DNA of 64,000 nt from positions 248,001 to 312,000 of the forward strand of contig JAPMXV010000031.1 of the NCBI GenBank assembly GCA_026936335.1, given 5' to 3'. Both the position numbers and the translations under genes were made by a program. The DNA is from Mantamonas sphyraenae STR306 (lineage: Eukaryota > Protista > CRuMs). Below are positions 32,223 to 44,100 of this stretch, one piece after another (within the stretch, counting starts at the first letter, position 1; the number at the start of each line of letters is the position of its first letter). The notes below the pieces were generated by a model. It had not been told where the DNA came from. It searched no databases and saw nothing but the letters and a program-made list of their open reading frames with translations.

Positions 32223-33983
32223 TCACGGCGCAGGCTCCATTTCTTCGTCTGATCCCTCCTCAGGCACCAACTCCAAGGTGGTCCCCATGGGCGTGTGCCT
32301 GCTCGCCCTGCTTCCAGCTCTGCTGTGGTTGCCGGTGCTGAACTCTCGATCCTCGCTGCTGTCTGCGGCCCCATTCGGGGTCGAACGCCCGCTGTAGCTT
32401 TGGTCGCCTGCAAACCCCGATACACTGGGCGAATCGTACTGCCGATGGGCCACTGGGCCCAGGTACCACATGTCCTCGGGTCGCAGAGGGCGAAAGACAA
32501 TCACAAAGGCCTCGTCACCCATGAAAAAGTGCTCTTTGCACATCACCTCCACCGGAAAGCACGAGCCGTCCCTACGCTGTGCGTTCATGTCAAACGGCAG
32601 ATTCTTTGCGTCGTTGGTGTTGAGAATGTCCAACAGTTGCATGCGATCGTTCACATCCACAAAGTGTGCGCCGTTGCGTCCGATGGGCGACACCTGGTCC
32701 ACCTCGGCCTCGACGTCATGCCTCGTGCGGTTTTGCGCCTGCTGCGCAGCCACTGCAGCCACAGCAGCCGCTTCCACCCTCTCTTCACTGTACATGGGAT
32801 CTGTTTGCTCCATGGCACGTGCCATGCGGTGGTACGTGTAGCCAAACGCGTGCTCAAAGGCGTTGTTGGCGTACAGCACCAGCAGGTCTTCCGCGTCCAC
32901 CACCAGCACACACTCCATCGTCGCATCCAAGAGAGATCGGTAGATGCGCTTGTTGCTCAACACCCACAGCAAATCCTGTGCCCACACCCACGACGATGCG
33001 CTGAGAATGAAAAAGTACGTGGCGCTGAGCAGAGCAGCAGGCAACACATCGGCCCAGGCAAAGGTGTCAAACATTGCCGGAAACACAAGGAGCGTCAACG
33101 TGTGCAAGAAGCCCAGCACGGCCACCGCACGTGCACTGATCATCACCGAGCCCATCAGGTAGAGCACCATGGGCGCAGCGGACCGGGACATCAAGTACGT
33201 CGCGTCAAACTGCTTCTTCAGAGACAGAAACACAAAGAACCACACGGAGCCAAGCACCAATGATGCGTAACACGCATACACGTAGTACTGGGTGCGTGAC
33301 AAGGCGTACGCCAACGCCAGCACGAGGATCACCGAGGAGGCAAACAGATTCGCCCCCTGGTCCGTCCTACCCACCAGCGACACCTCAGTGCCCACCACGA
33401 GCACAAGGATAACCACCAATATTGACAGCAGAAGCACCCTGGGAGGCGTGCGCAGCGGGGTCAGCGGGGTCAGCAAGCCGTTTCGCGTTCCTTCCAACGG
33501 TGCTCCAAATTCCTTCTTTGGCTCCTTAAACGTACCCGGAGAGAAACGCGGCACGACGGCGGCTGTGCGAGAGGGTTACTCTGCGCGACGGCTCAAGGAA
33601 AATGGAGTACATGTTGTCTCTTGTAAAGACACGTGTGCGCATGGAGCGAGGTTGGCGCTCTCGTTGTTGCCGTGCCTGCTCCTTGCGATTGTTCTCCAAA
33701 GCCTGCTCAGTGTTGCTCCTTTCCATCAGTTGCTTCGTCGTCATGTTGCGCAACTGGTCCAATTCCTGTTCTTGCATCAGGGTCACCGACGACGACCTGC
33801 GCTCGCGCACACGAGAGTCCTTTGCTGACACTGCCAGCCCAGGATCCCTGTGGTCAGTGGCTGCCCTCTCCTTCCACCAGCAACACAGTCACACCCAAAC
33901 TCCCTCCAATGTCCAAATTGTGTCAACTCACACGTCTGTGCAACTGGTGTCACAGGCACCAACAGGCTGTTGCGCCCTTCCAT
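32223..33983 (-). CDS. Multipass membrane protein with a cytoplasmic PAS/PAC domain and no output domain (520 aa; exons 33932-33983, 33536-33830, 32223-33438)
   Basis: Two phase-consistent introns (gtgagt...ggcag, gtacgt...cccag); about 6 TM segments; PAS YRSLLDATMECVLVVD...LYANNAFE..FGY; PAC RRDGSCFPVEV. Confidence 0.75.
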
Positions 33984-34098
33984 GGGGTTGAGATTTTGTT
34001 GTCACGTCGCCGCCATCGCATACATGCATCCTCCCACCCTCCCATCCACCCTCCAAACAACGGCCTGTCGAGCATTGCATCGTCCCATACGGCCCTGT

Positions 34099-35121
34099 TC
34101 ACGCGTCACCACCGTCTTCCAGTGCTGCAGTGGAGGCAAGTGACACCTTTGGATCTGCAGCACGGACAAACATGTCGTCGTCTGCCACAGGTTGGGCATC
34201 GCATTGCACGCGTACGGTGTCGTACGTAGCATCATCGACGGCTGCCAGACGACGAACATGATGTGCATCGAGCACCGCTCGCTGACTCTTGGCAAGGTCC
34301 TCGCGTCCCACGTCCAAGCGCAGCAAGCGTGCCTGCACGCGTGCGATCTCATCGGCGCTGAACACTCCCGTGCGCATTGTCAGAGGCTGATTGGGACATG
34401 GACCCAAGCTGAACAGCCGTTCAATCTCTGCGTCCGGCTGCGAGTCGAGGAATGTCGCGAGCACCTGTGAATCAATGGATGCGCACGTGGACCCATCTAT
34501 ATCCAAGGCCACCTGCCGAATCGACTCCAGGTGCATGCCTGTGTGCACAAGGGACACGAAAAAGTCTCCGCCGTGTTTTGTCGAGATTTCGGCCTCGTGC
34601 AGCGCAGAACGCAGCATGCCGCATCCACTCTGTGACAGCGGCTCGTTGAAGCACACTCGCATACCCTCGAGCATCTCCACCTCGTGTGTGAATTCTCCTT
34701 CGTCGTCGCCAGCACTGTGTTTGCTGCCGGTGGTGCGGCCTTTCCGCCGCCTTGCATCCCCTGTGCCCTTGTGCACCACGACGTCGGAAAAGTAGCACGG
34801 CACGTCGCCGTACCTGCTGTCTTCAACAGACTCCCCGATGGTGTCCACCAGCACAGGTGCCACCACGGGAGTGTGATCTTTCCCAACGCGTTCCAGCTCC
34901 TGCACGTATGGCAGGCCACAAATGAACGCCACGTCTGCCTCTGCCCACTCATCATAGCTCTCGCCCTGCCTCAGCTCGATCGTCACACCCAGCTCCTCCT
35001 CAATCTCCCGCACCACGAGTGCGTACAATTCTCCGTGGCTGGGAGCAAGGAACGAAACACCCTGCAACACCCTACGACTGCCCACCTCTTTCTCCTGCCC
35101 TACGGTATCCAAGGATGTCAT
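34099..35121 (-). CDS. PhnD/phosphonate-type periplasmic-binding-fold protein without a signal peptide
   Basis: SFLAP, DVAFICGLPYV, APV...RY...P.YFSDVVV, FNEPLSQSG, TG.H..SI..V, ASIDS.V and SLGP.P..P match the PhnD-like family. Confidence 0.82.
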   Translation of the reverse strand: MTSLDTVGQEKEVGSRRVLQGVSFLAPSHGELYALVVREIEEELGVTIELRQGESYDEWAEADVAFICGLPYVQELERVGKDHTPVVAPVLVDTIGESVEDSRYGDVPCYFSDVVVHKGTGDARRRKGRTTGSKHSAGDDEGEFTHEVEMLEGMRVCFNEPLSQSGCGMLRSALHEAEISTKHGGDFFVSLVHTGMHLESIRQVALDIDGSTCASIDSQVLATFLDSQPDAEIERLFSLGPCPNQPLTMRTGVFSADEIARVQARLLRLDVGREDLAKSQRAVLDAHHVRRLAAVDDATYDTVRVQCDAQPVADDDMFVRAADPKVSLASTAALEDGGDA

Positions 35122-35183
35122 GGCAGCTGGCAAACGAGGTCTGAATTTCTGGATTTCAATGGTTCTTGCTACGCGCTCCTCAC

Positions 35184-38100
35184 TCAGCTGTCCCTCACCA
35201 ACGTTTCCAAGTGCTCCAGCACTTGCACCACCATGCCCTGGCCATCACCACTGACCCTCTGTACCAAAAAGCGGCCGTCCACCTCTGCACGCACAACCAG
35301 CATGCCTTCGCGTACGTCCACCCCGTACACCGCCGCAAGCGGCACCATCCACTTGACATTGCCATTGGTTTTCAGCACCAGGAGACGGTGTGACGTGAGC
35401 ATCACGACCTCCCCATGTCCATTCACCCAATGCTGCTCGTACACCTCTTCCACGGGCTCATCTTCACCTGCTCCACCGCTGATTGCCATCCCCAGGGCTT
35501 CCATCACCTCGTCCTCGTCCTCGTCATCCTTCACCTGCCACAAAAGAAACGCTCCTTCGGCACTGCGTGCGTTCCACTCGCGCACCAGATTGTCCCTGCC
35601 CACAAACTTTGGCAACCGTCTTCGTTGCCGTTCCACATCCTCACCGTCGCCCAGGTGCCTGTTGGCCTCTCTGCTGATTCCTTCTGTGGTCTTGCTCGCC
35701 AGATCCAACACTCCTGCTGCCGGCTTCACCACCACACCAATCAAACCCTTGCCCACACCTTCCAGAAACCCGCCGAACCCGTCGTCCATGGCCCCATCCA
35801 CGGGGGCACTCACAAGGCCAGACACACCGTCCATCACACCCTTGCCCAGGCCACGCACTCCTTGCCACACACCGCTGCCCAGACCACCCACTCGTTCTCG
35901 GTTGTCACGTTCTCGCTCCTGCAGGTACTCCGCATCCATCGAGATCGCTGCCATCCCTTTGCTCATCGCACCCGTCATCTTGCTGGCACTTGAAAACGTG
36001 CCCTTGAGCGTGTTCTTCAACAGTGACTTGGTGCCTTTCGCCAATCCCTTGGCAAACTCTTCCGGGCCTTCCACAATGCCCTTGGTCGGTTCGTAGAAGA
36101 ACTCGTACACGCCTGTGCCCAAATTGCTCACCAATCCCACCGGATTGCCCAGTGCATCGATGGAACCCATCACAAACAGCATCTCTCGCATCACATTTCG
36201 GCGGTAGTGCTCCATCACACGTGCGCGCAGCTGTTCACCTGTCTCAAACGCATGCTCGATCATCAGTGCGTTCAGTTCCACCTTGGCGTCCTCCACATCA
36301 GTCAGCGTCATGCTCACCGATGCCAGCGGATTCACTCCCGTCTCTTCGCTCAAATCCACGCCCCGGAAGTTCACCACCAGCTCGATTGGATGCAGCTGCA
36401 ACAGCTCCACATAGCTGCGCACCCCGTCCACATCCTCCTCGCCCCCACCCAGCATCACCTCACTGCTGCTGCTACTGCTGCTACTGCTGCTGCTACTGCT
36501 ACTGCTGCTGCTACTGCTGCTTCCACTGTTCGTGGGTTGGCTCTCGACCGCACCGGCAATCCCGTCGGCGAAGCGCCACAGCCGCAGCACTGTCAGCGAA
36601 TCCATGCTCACACGGAGCGCTTGCATCAACAACGAACAGTATCGGTAATGGTTGACTGTCTCTTGGTGCTGCTTGACCACCGAAAGGTGCAGAAAGTCGC
36701 CCGCGACCCCAACCGCGCTCACCGGCGCGAGCATCGTTGCGTACGGCGCCGTGTACAACTGATTGTCCACCTGCATGTCCACCACGCGCACCTCGCTGAG
36801 CACATCACCGTTCGACAGATGACTCTGCGTTGCAGAAATGCCCAGGACACTGAGGTAGGCAAGCTCGCGCGGACGGGCATCCATCAAAGACACACCCACC
36901 TCGGCTACAGTGAGGCGCATGTTAAGCTGCACCACCTCCTCGCCGTCCTTCTCCGACACCAGTACGCCGTCTTCATCGCCTTCGCTCTGCGCCATGCTCA
37001 GTTCCAACACGCGGACCGGTCCGTCTGCACGCACGCGTGGGGTGATGCGAACAAATCGGTTGCGGCCCGTATTGATGCGCAATTGGCGAAACACGTCGAT
37101 TTCGTCCAGTTGGTACTCTGCATGCACGTCAAACTGGGGAAAGTCAACACAGAGAATATGAGGGGCCATCGGTTCCTCCCACGCGTAGAAGCACTCATTG
37201 CCGTCGGCCAACTCCTCCACCACATCCGTTTCCTTCTGGTGGAACTTCAATGGCAGGCCACTGGCATTGCGCACACGGTACGGAATCAAATCCTTGCTCG
37301 GGGCACGAAACACCACTCGCGTGCCAGCACGGCCCTGCTCAATGTGCACAGGAACCACCGCAAATCTGTGAGGCGTGCGTTTCACTCGCATCTTTACAGG
37401 CGTTTCCCCAAGCGCATGGATGCTGAACGAGCCGCTCCAATCGTATTCGGTGCCCCAGCGCATCCGCAGCTGGCGATCCGCTCCGTTGTCTGGCCAGTGG
37501 AAGTTGTGCGTTGCACCGTCCTCCACACTCACACACAGCGACGTACCACTTTGGCGACACATCACCTTCTTCCCACTTCGGTTCACCAGTTGGAAGGCCG
37601 GCAGGAACCGCACCAATTTGCTGCGCATAAATTTGCCGCTGCAACTCGCAATGTTCACTGCCACCTCGTAGCAGCGCACATACTCTGCCCCGTTCTCCGT
37701 ACGTTTCACCGTCGTGTCTGGAACACTCAAGTAGCCCGTCGTCCCTGTGCTCTCGCCGCTGAACGACTGCGACCAGTGTGACTTGTTCACACGCACCTGG
37801 ATCTTGTGTCTGCTCACGCTGTCGGGCTTCAGACCAAAGCCCAGCGGCTCTTTGCTACGCATGGCTTCCTTTGTCAGCACCTGTCCTCCTGCCGTGCTCT
37901 TGAACTCGTGCTGTCGGTATGTCAACATCAGTCCCGTCTCGTTGACCAGCCAATACTGCGTGTAGAACATCAGCCTGCAGCCAGCCCTGTCCCGCAGTCT
38001 CTTCTCTAGCTTCAGATACCTCTGTCGTGACCCACTGTCGTCCAACACCAAATCCGTGGTCATCACAGTTTTGCGTTGCTGCAACGTGACGGGCACCTTT

Positions 38101-41100
38101 GTGCTCCAGTGCGCCCCTCCGTCAACGCTCACCTGCACCACAGTGGGCATGTTCAGGTCCACCATGTACACGCACTGCTCCTCGCCCATGGCCAATTCTC
38201 CGTTCAGCACCTCTGTTGTGGAACCGCTGTCTTGATGTATGCTAAACACGCGGAACTGCATCGGGTGGCACAGCAGGTTTTCCAACACCAGCGGTGGCAA
38301 CAGTTGCACCTCACATCCGTACCGTCCACTGCCTTCGGGTTGGGTGAAGCGTACGTAGTACACATGCTTGGCCATCGATCGCATGTCCTCCGTCAGGCAT
38401 TGGATCAGCCTGTGCTGCCGTTGCACAATACCCTTCAGGCCGATCACCGAGCTGCCTTGCGTCCAGCCATACCCTTGGTCGCTGGGTCGCAAGAGCAGAT
38501 CGCCACGACGCGCATCGGTGACGGGCAGAAACACGCGCTCGCCCGGCGCCACGTCTGCCAGCTCCAGCACGTTGTCACGCTCAGGATCACGAGCCACCAT
38601 CATGCTCACGTGATGGTCACCCAAGTTGTGCACAGACACGGCCGAGCGCAAACTCAACACCTTGCTGCTTTGTTCCAACGCCACGTTGGCGTAAAACCGC
38701 ATCGTGCCTTGACGATAACTGCTGTGGCCCACACGTTGGATGGGCACATTGGCAAGGGTGGCCAACACACGGCGCCGCTCCACATCGCGGAACACCACCA
38801 CGTTGACGGTGCGGTCCAAGGTAACGCCGCCGCCACCAACCTTGCTCTGACGAACACGCAGGATGTCGTCTGTGTCGCGCATGTGCAGAGCCGCACGTTG
38901 ACCAGGTTCCAACAAATGCATCTCCTGGTCGCCCAACACGTGTGAGTCCATGTCAGAACCCACAAGCACACTCAGCTGCTCCGTGACCACCGCACGCGCC
39001 GTCTCGCTGCTTCCCTCTGCCAGCGTGTACGCCACATGCATCCCCGTTTGGTTTTCAATCCAGTACGAATGGAACGCGGCACGCTTGAGGTCGTGCTCGC
39101 GCGTGTAGTAGTCTCGCTTCCACAGTTCCCACGTGCGCAGCAAGGATGCCACAGCGTGTTCGCTGACCACCACATTCAGTGGCCGCGTCGCCGTAAGCTC
39201 CACAATGTGCAGCGGGTTGGGTGCCGTCGTAAACTGCACCGTAAACTCCCATGGCTCCACAATGGGCTCCCACGCCGTGTAGTCAAAGTTGAAGAAGGAT
39301 GCGTTCACCTCCCACCGCGATACGCAGACCTGCGCACGCCGTGTCCCGTCCGCCTGAAGCGACGCCACTGGCATGTTGACACTCAATACAGGCGTACTGT
39401 GGCCGTACACATCGTTGATCACGAGCACACTCATCCCGTGGCACTCCAGCGAAAACTCAAACCGTTCGTCGTCCTCGTCACCTTTGCCGTTCGCATCACC
39501 ACCATCCCCACTGCTGTCATCTGTGTCATGCACCATCACCATCGTCTCTTTGCCCTTGCCACTACGCGAGGCCAGCGCACTGCTGCTGCGTTCCTCCAGG
39601 CGCAGATTGCCATTTGTGCTGCGTCGCTGCACGTTTCGCTGCCGTCCCACGCTGTCCACAGTGTCGCCCAATGACGCCGCAAACGCGTTGACAATGTCCA
39701 ATGTCATGCGCACGTCCTTGTACGACACACGCACGTCCAGATTCTCCATCTCGACACCCAGGTGGTGCAAGCCCCCACTGGCGCTCTCAAACTCGGTGGT
39801 AATTGACAGCGGATGCACGATGGCATGACCATCCTCCACACTCAGGTTGGGTTGACACATAAACAGCTCCAAACCCGTGATCCACACACTCAACGACTGC
39901 TCCTGTACATCTGTCTCCGGCGATCGCGTGCTGTTGTACTTTGCCAGGGTTGTCGTGCGCATCACAATCGCACGCGACTGCGCGTCCTTCTCATCTGCCA
40001 CAAAACACACCTCCTGGTCTGTAATCGACACTTTGATACGCAGCGACGGTCGCTTTCGCCCGTCGCCGAGGTATCCATCCAGTGACATCGATTCGCCCAG
40101 CATGTACTGGCTCAGATCCAAACTGACACCCTCCTCGGCCAGTGACGAAGACGCACGTCGTGCCATGGACGAAGAGGATGAAGAAGTCGACGACGAACCT
40201 GCCACCTTGGCCGGACGCGCGACGGGCTCCGATGCAGTCGCGTCACCACCCAGCGGCTGCACTGCAAAAAGATAAATGGCGGCAAACGCCGGGGCGGAGA
40301 TGAGCGCACGCATGCGATTGATGACCACGCTGAGGGCCACCGAGTCGTCAGCACCCACGTCGCAGTGCACAAAGATCTGCGGATCCGAGTTGCCGACCCC
40401 GCCGAGGTCGTCCAGAGGCTTCAAGAGATGCTCAAACTGATTGCCATTGTTGCGACGGTCCGAAATGTGCATGCGAAGCAGCGAGGACTCGAGCTTGGTT
40501 CGTCCCGACCACCACGTGTCCCATCCTGCGTCCCATTCGAGCATCTCCAGCTCGGCAATGGGACGCACCTCCTCGTCTGCAAACCCACCGTCTGCAATTG
40601 CCAGCGACAGACTGTTCATGTGCACATTCATGTGCCATTGCAACAGCTGCACATACTCGCCTCCATGACCCTCCTTCTCCTCGTCAGCAACTGCAGCCTG
40701 GTCTTGTGCCGATCCCCCACGCACACCACCAGGTGACGCAGGTGACGAAGCAACGCCCATTGTCGACGACACTGACGGTGACGAGGACTGCTCCATGTAC
40801 AATGAAAAGTCGTCGCTGCGGCTGGTGAGCATGATGGGCTTCTCGCTCAAGTTCCCGTCCACGATGTCCAGCAGCAGCTGGTACTGGAACTGGTTCAACT
40901 GCACGCCCACATGTGGCACTGTGGCATCCAACACGCTGGCCAGCCGCATGAGGCGGCACTGTGCCATGTCGACACAGGGTCTCTCCAAACGCACACTTGC
41001 GTCGGTGTTGACCACCAAGGGCACACGTTCCGCGCCACTGGACACTTGGGTCACACAGTGCATGTTGCTCACATCCACACGCATCACCTCGTATGTGACC

Positions 41101-44100
41101 GGTTCAAATCCTCGCAGCGGACCGGCCTTGCGCACAAACGAATTCTCGATCGAAATGTGGCCCATCGATGCGTGCAGCAGATGTTGCGAACGTGCATCTG
41201 GGGACACCACAAACACCGGTTGATCCAAATCAATGTCCATGCGCATGAGTTCGGCTCCCGGAAACATCGGTGGCAGGGGCTCGCCCTCGCCGACCCAGTC
41301 GTAGTATGGCTGCAGCAAAACGCCGTCCATCAGATACAACCACACTTCTTGCCACAGTCGATGCACATACAGGATCTCCACCGATTGCATGCGCAGCACA
41401 AACTCGGAACCGTACCCAGGATACTCGCGCGCTTGTTCGCGCGGATGCATGGTGTTGTACTCCAGTTCCACCATTTGTGACTGATCCACCTGCTTCAACA
41501 GATTCACTTGGTGCTTGTGTGCCTGTGGCGTAAGATCCACCATGCTCATGCGACCCAGACGCGCGCGGAAATCCATGCTCAAGGCGCGCCTCACCACGCG
41601 CAGCTGCGAGTCACTGTTCCACACCTCTGCAATCGGCAATCCTTCGTGCTGCATGCGGATGGCCAGGGTGCGCAGATTGGCAACCACCTTGAGCCGCACC
41701 ACGTCCACGTCTTCCTGCTCCTCCACAGCTGCCGCCGCCTCTCCACTCACCGGAACTCCAAACCAGATGTCCGTTGCACGAAACACGATGCGCATCAGCA
41801 TGGCCACACTCGGTCGGTTGAGCGTCAACAGCAGTTGGTTGAATTCCACGCCCACGTCCATCAGAGCGCCTGCAAAGTAGGGCGAATCGGGCATGTACGC
41901 AGCGTACGTCACCTCAATCAGCGACTGCTCCTCGTCACCCTTTCCTGCTGTTGCTTTCGCCTCGTCTGTGGTTTGCTCTTCCTGCGACTCGTTGCGATGC
42001 CTCAACCGTTGCTGCGACTGTGCCACATAGCTTCGTCCCAGCTCAGGTTGTCGCAGTTCCTGCATCAGATCGCGTATGGACAGCGCATGCAGCTTAAATG
42101 TGGCCGTATCGTGTGTTTGGTGGCTGTCGTACGCCATCACAAAGCCCAGAAAGTGCACATCGGCCACGTCCTGTCCGCTGAGCGTCATCGACTCCGTGTC
42201 GACCGTCTGCTCCGTCATCGTCACCTGCACCTTGTCCAATTCACACGCCACATGCATCCACACGTAGTCGTTGGGCACAGTCTCGGCACTGGTGCTTGAC
42301 CTGCCTTCTAGAGACGACGTCACGGCAGCTTCCGCGCTCTCCGCATTCACCGTCGGCTCCCGTGCCTCTTCAGCAATCCGTTCGCCAAAGTTCTCCTGCC
42401 ACAGGCCCATCACCGACTCAAACTGCAGTGTGGAAAAGTAGGCGCGAATCTGCTCGCCCTCAAGGCGCACGCGCACCTGGGACACGTTGGGGAAGCGAGC
42501 TGGGGCAAGGGGCAGCACGGGACGCTCGATGCTCAAACTCAAACTGCTTTGCTTGACCAGATGCATGCCTTTCCCGTAGCGGTGGTACATGTTTGCCAGG
42601 GTGAGACCCTGCACATCGATGCGTACTTGATCCAGCATGTCGTAGGTGGGTCTCTGCCCAGGCGCCACGAGATCCACACCCATCTCATCCACGGGGCGGA
42701 AATGACTGCTGATGGCAATCGATTGCATGTCTGCACGCAGAACCTCCTTGCTACCTTCAGGGCTGCTGGAGCGTGGCAGCAACACACGTGGCTGCTCCAC
42801 CATCACATCCATTTTGGTCATGGTGCCGTTCTCCAGCAACGAGTCGCTTGCAGCCTGCGACCATGCGTTGTACACTTCCAACAGTGGGCCGTCGTTGAAA
42901 TATGCGCCCAGCTGCAGCGTGAAAACGTTTCGATACACCAGCTTCACACTCGGCATGCGCACACGGAACAGCGCATCGAACCCAGGATACATGCGTGCCT
43001 CCAACGGATGGTAGGTGGCATACAGAAACTCCACCTGCTCGCTAGCCTTGCGCACAGCAAGAAACACGCCATGGTGCCTTCCTGCAGGTGTCAAATCGTG
43101 CACCGAAAAGTTGCCCAGCTGCCCGGCCATCTGTGTGCTGCGTGCACGCCACGTCATGCTCAGCTCTGTGTCGGCCATGCACAGATCGGCAATGTTCTGT
43201 CCCTCCGAGTTCAGGCGGATTGTCATGGCCCGCATGGTGAACGACACGGTGAATCCAATCCGATCGCTCGTGTCCTTCACGTGCTTGCCTCCCTCCTTCA
43301 ACGCCACCACCCCTGCTCCCTCTGTGTTTGGTAGTATCTCCGCTTCCGATGGCATCTCTTCCACCTGTCCATTTGTGTCTTGCGCCGATTGGGCGGCTTC
43401 GTCAAACCAGATGTCCATCGCGTCGAAGCTCAGCTGCATCAGTGCACTCACCGTCTGTCGATTGCACACAAAGTAGATGGTGTTGAAGTGCACGCGCACG
43501 CTTGTGTCCACCTCGTCGTAGAACGGGCTGCGGTCATCGTGGTGGGCGTGGTACTCGATCCGAATCAAACTCACTTCTCCCTTTTCTCCCTCCTCCCCAC
43601 CCCCACGTGGTCTCTGTACATGCATGTCTGCCACAGGGGATGTACTCGCTACCATGCGGAACTGCTCCTCCTTGTACATTGGGCCCTCCAGCAGATCTTC
43701 GATGTGCAGGTCCGCCAGCCGGAATTGGGCCACCGCCTCGTACACTTGCGTGTCGTACTGCATGTCAAACGCGTCCAGAACAACACAAGCAATGGCAACA
43801 TGCTCCTCGGGGAATCCGTATTGCGTGCACCGCACCTCCATACGCTCCACCTCCAGCTCCAGCCGCGACAGCACCTTGTCGCGAGGCGGCGATGTTGCCG
43901 ACTCCGATTCTCTATCCGCAGCAGCGCCAGCGTGGCTCGTGCCCTCTTCTTGCACGACCTTTGCGTCTGCATCACTGCCATCGTCCTGAAGCGTGTCAGA
44001 AACCATCGTGTTTGCATACAGATTCTCACGGCCGACATCCATGAGAAGTGCAAAATGACGCTGCGAGAAGTCAAAGGCCATGTTTGGGATGCGCACATGT

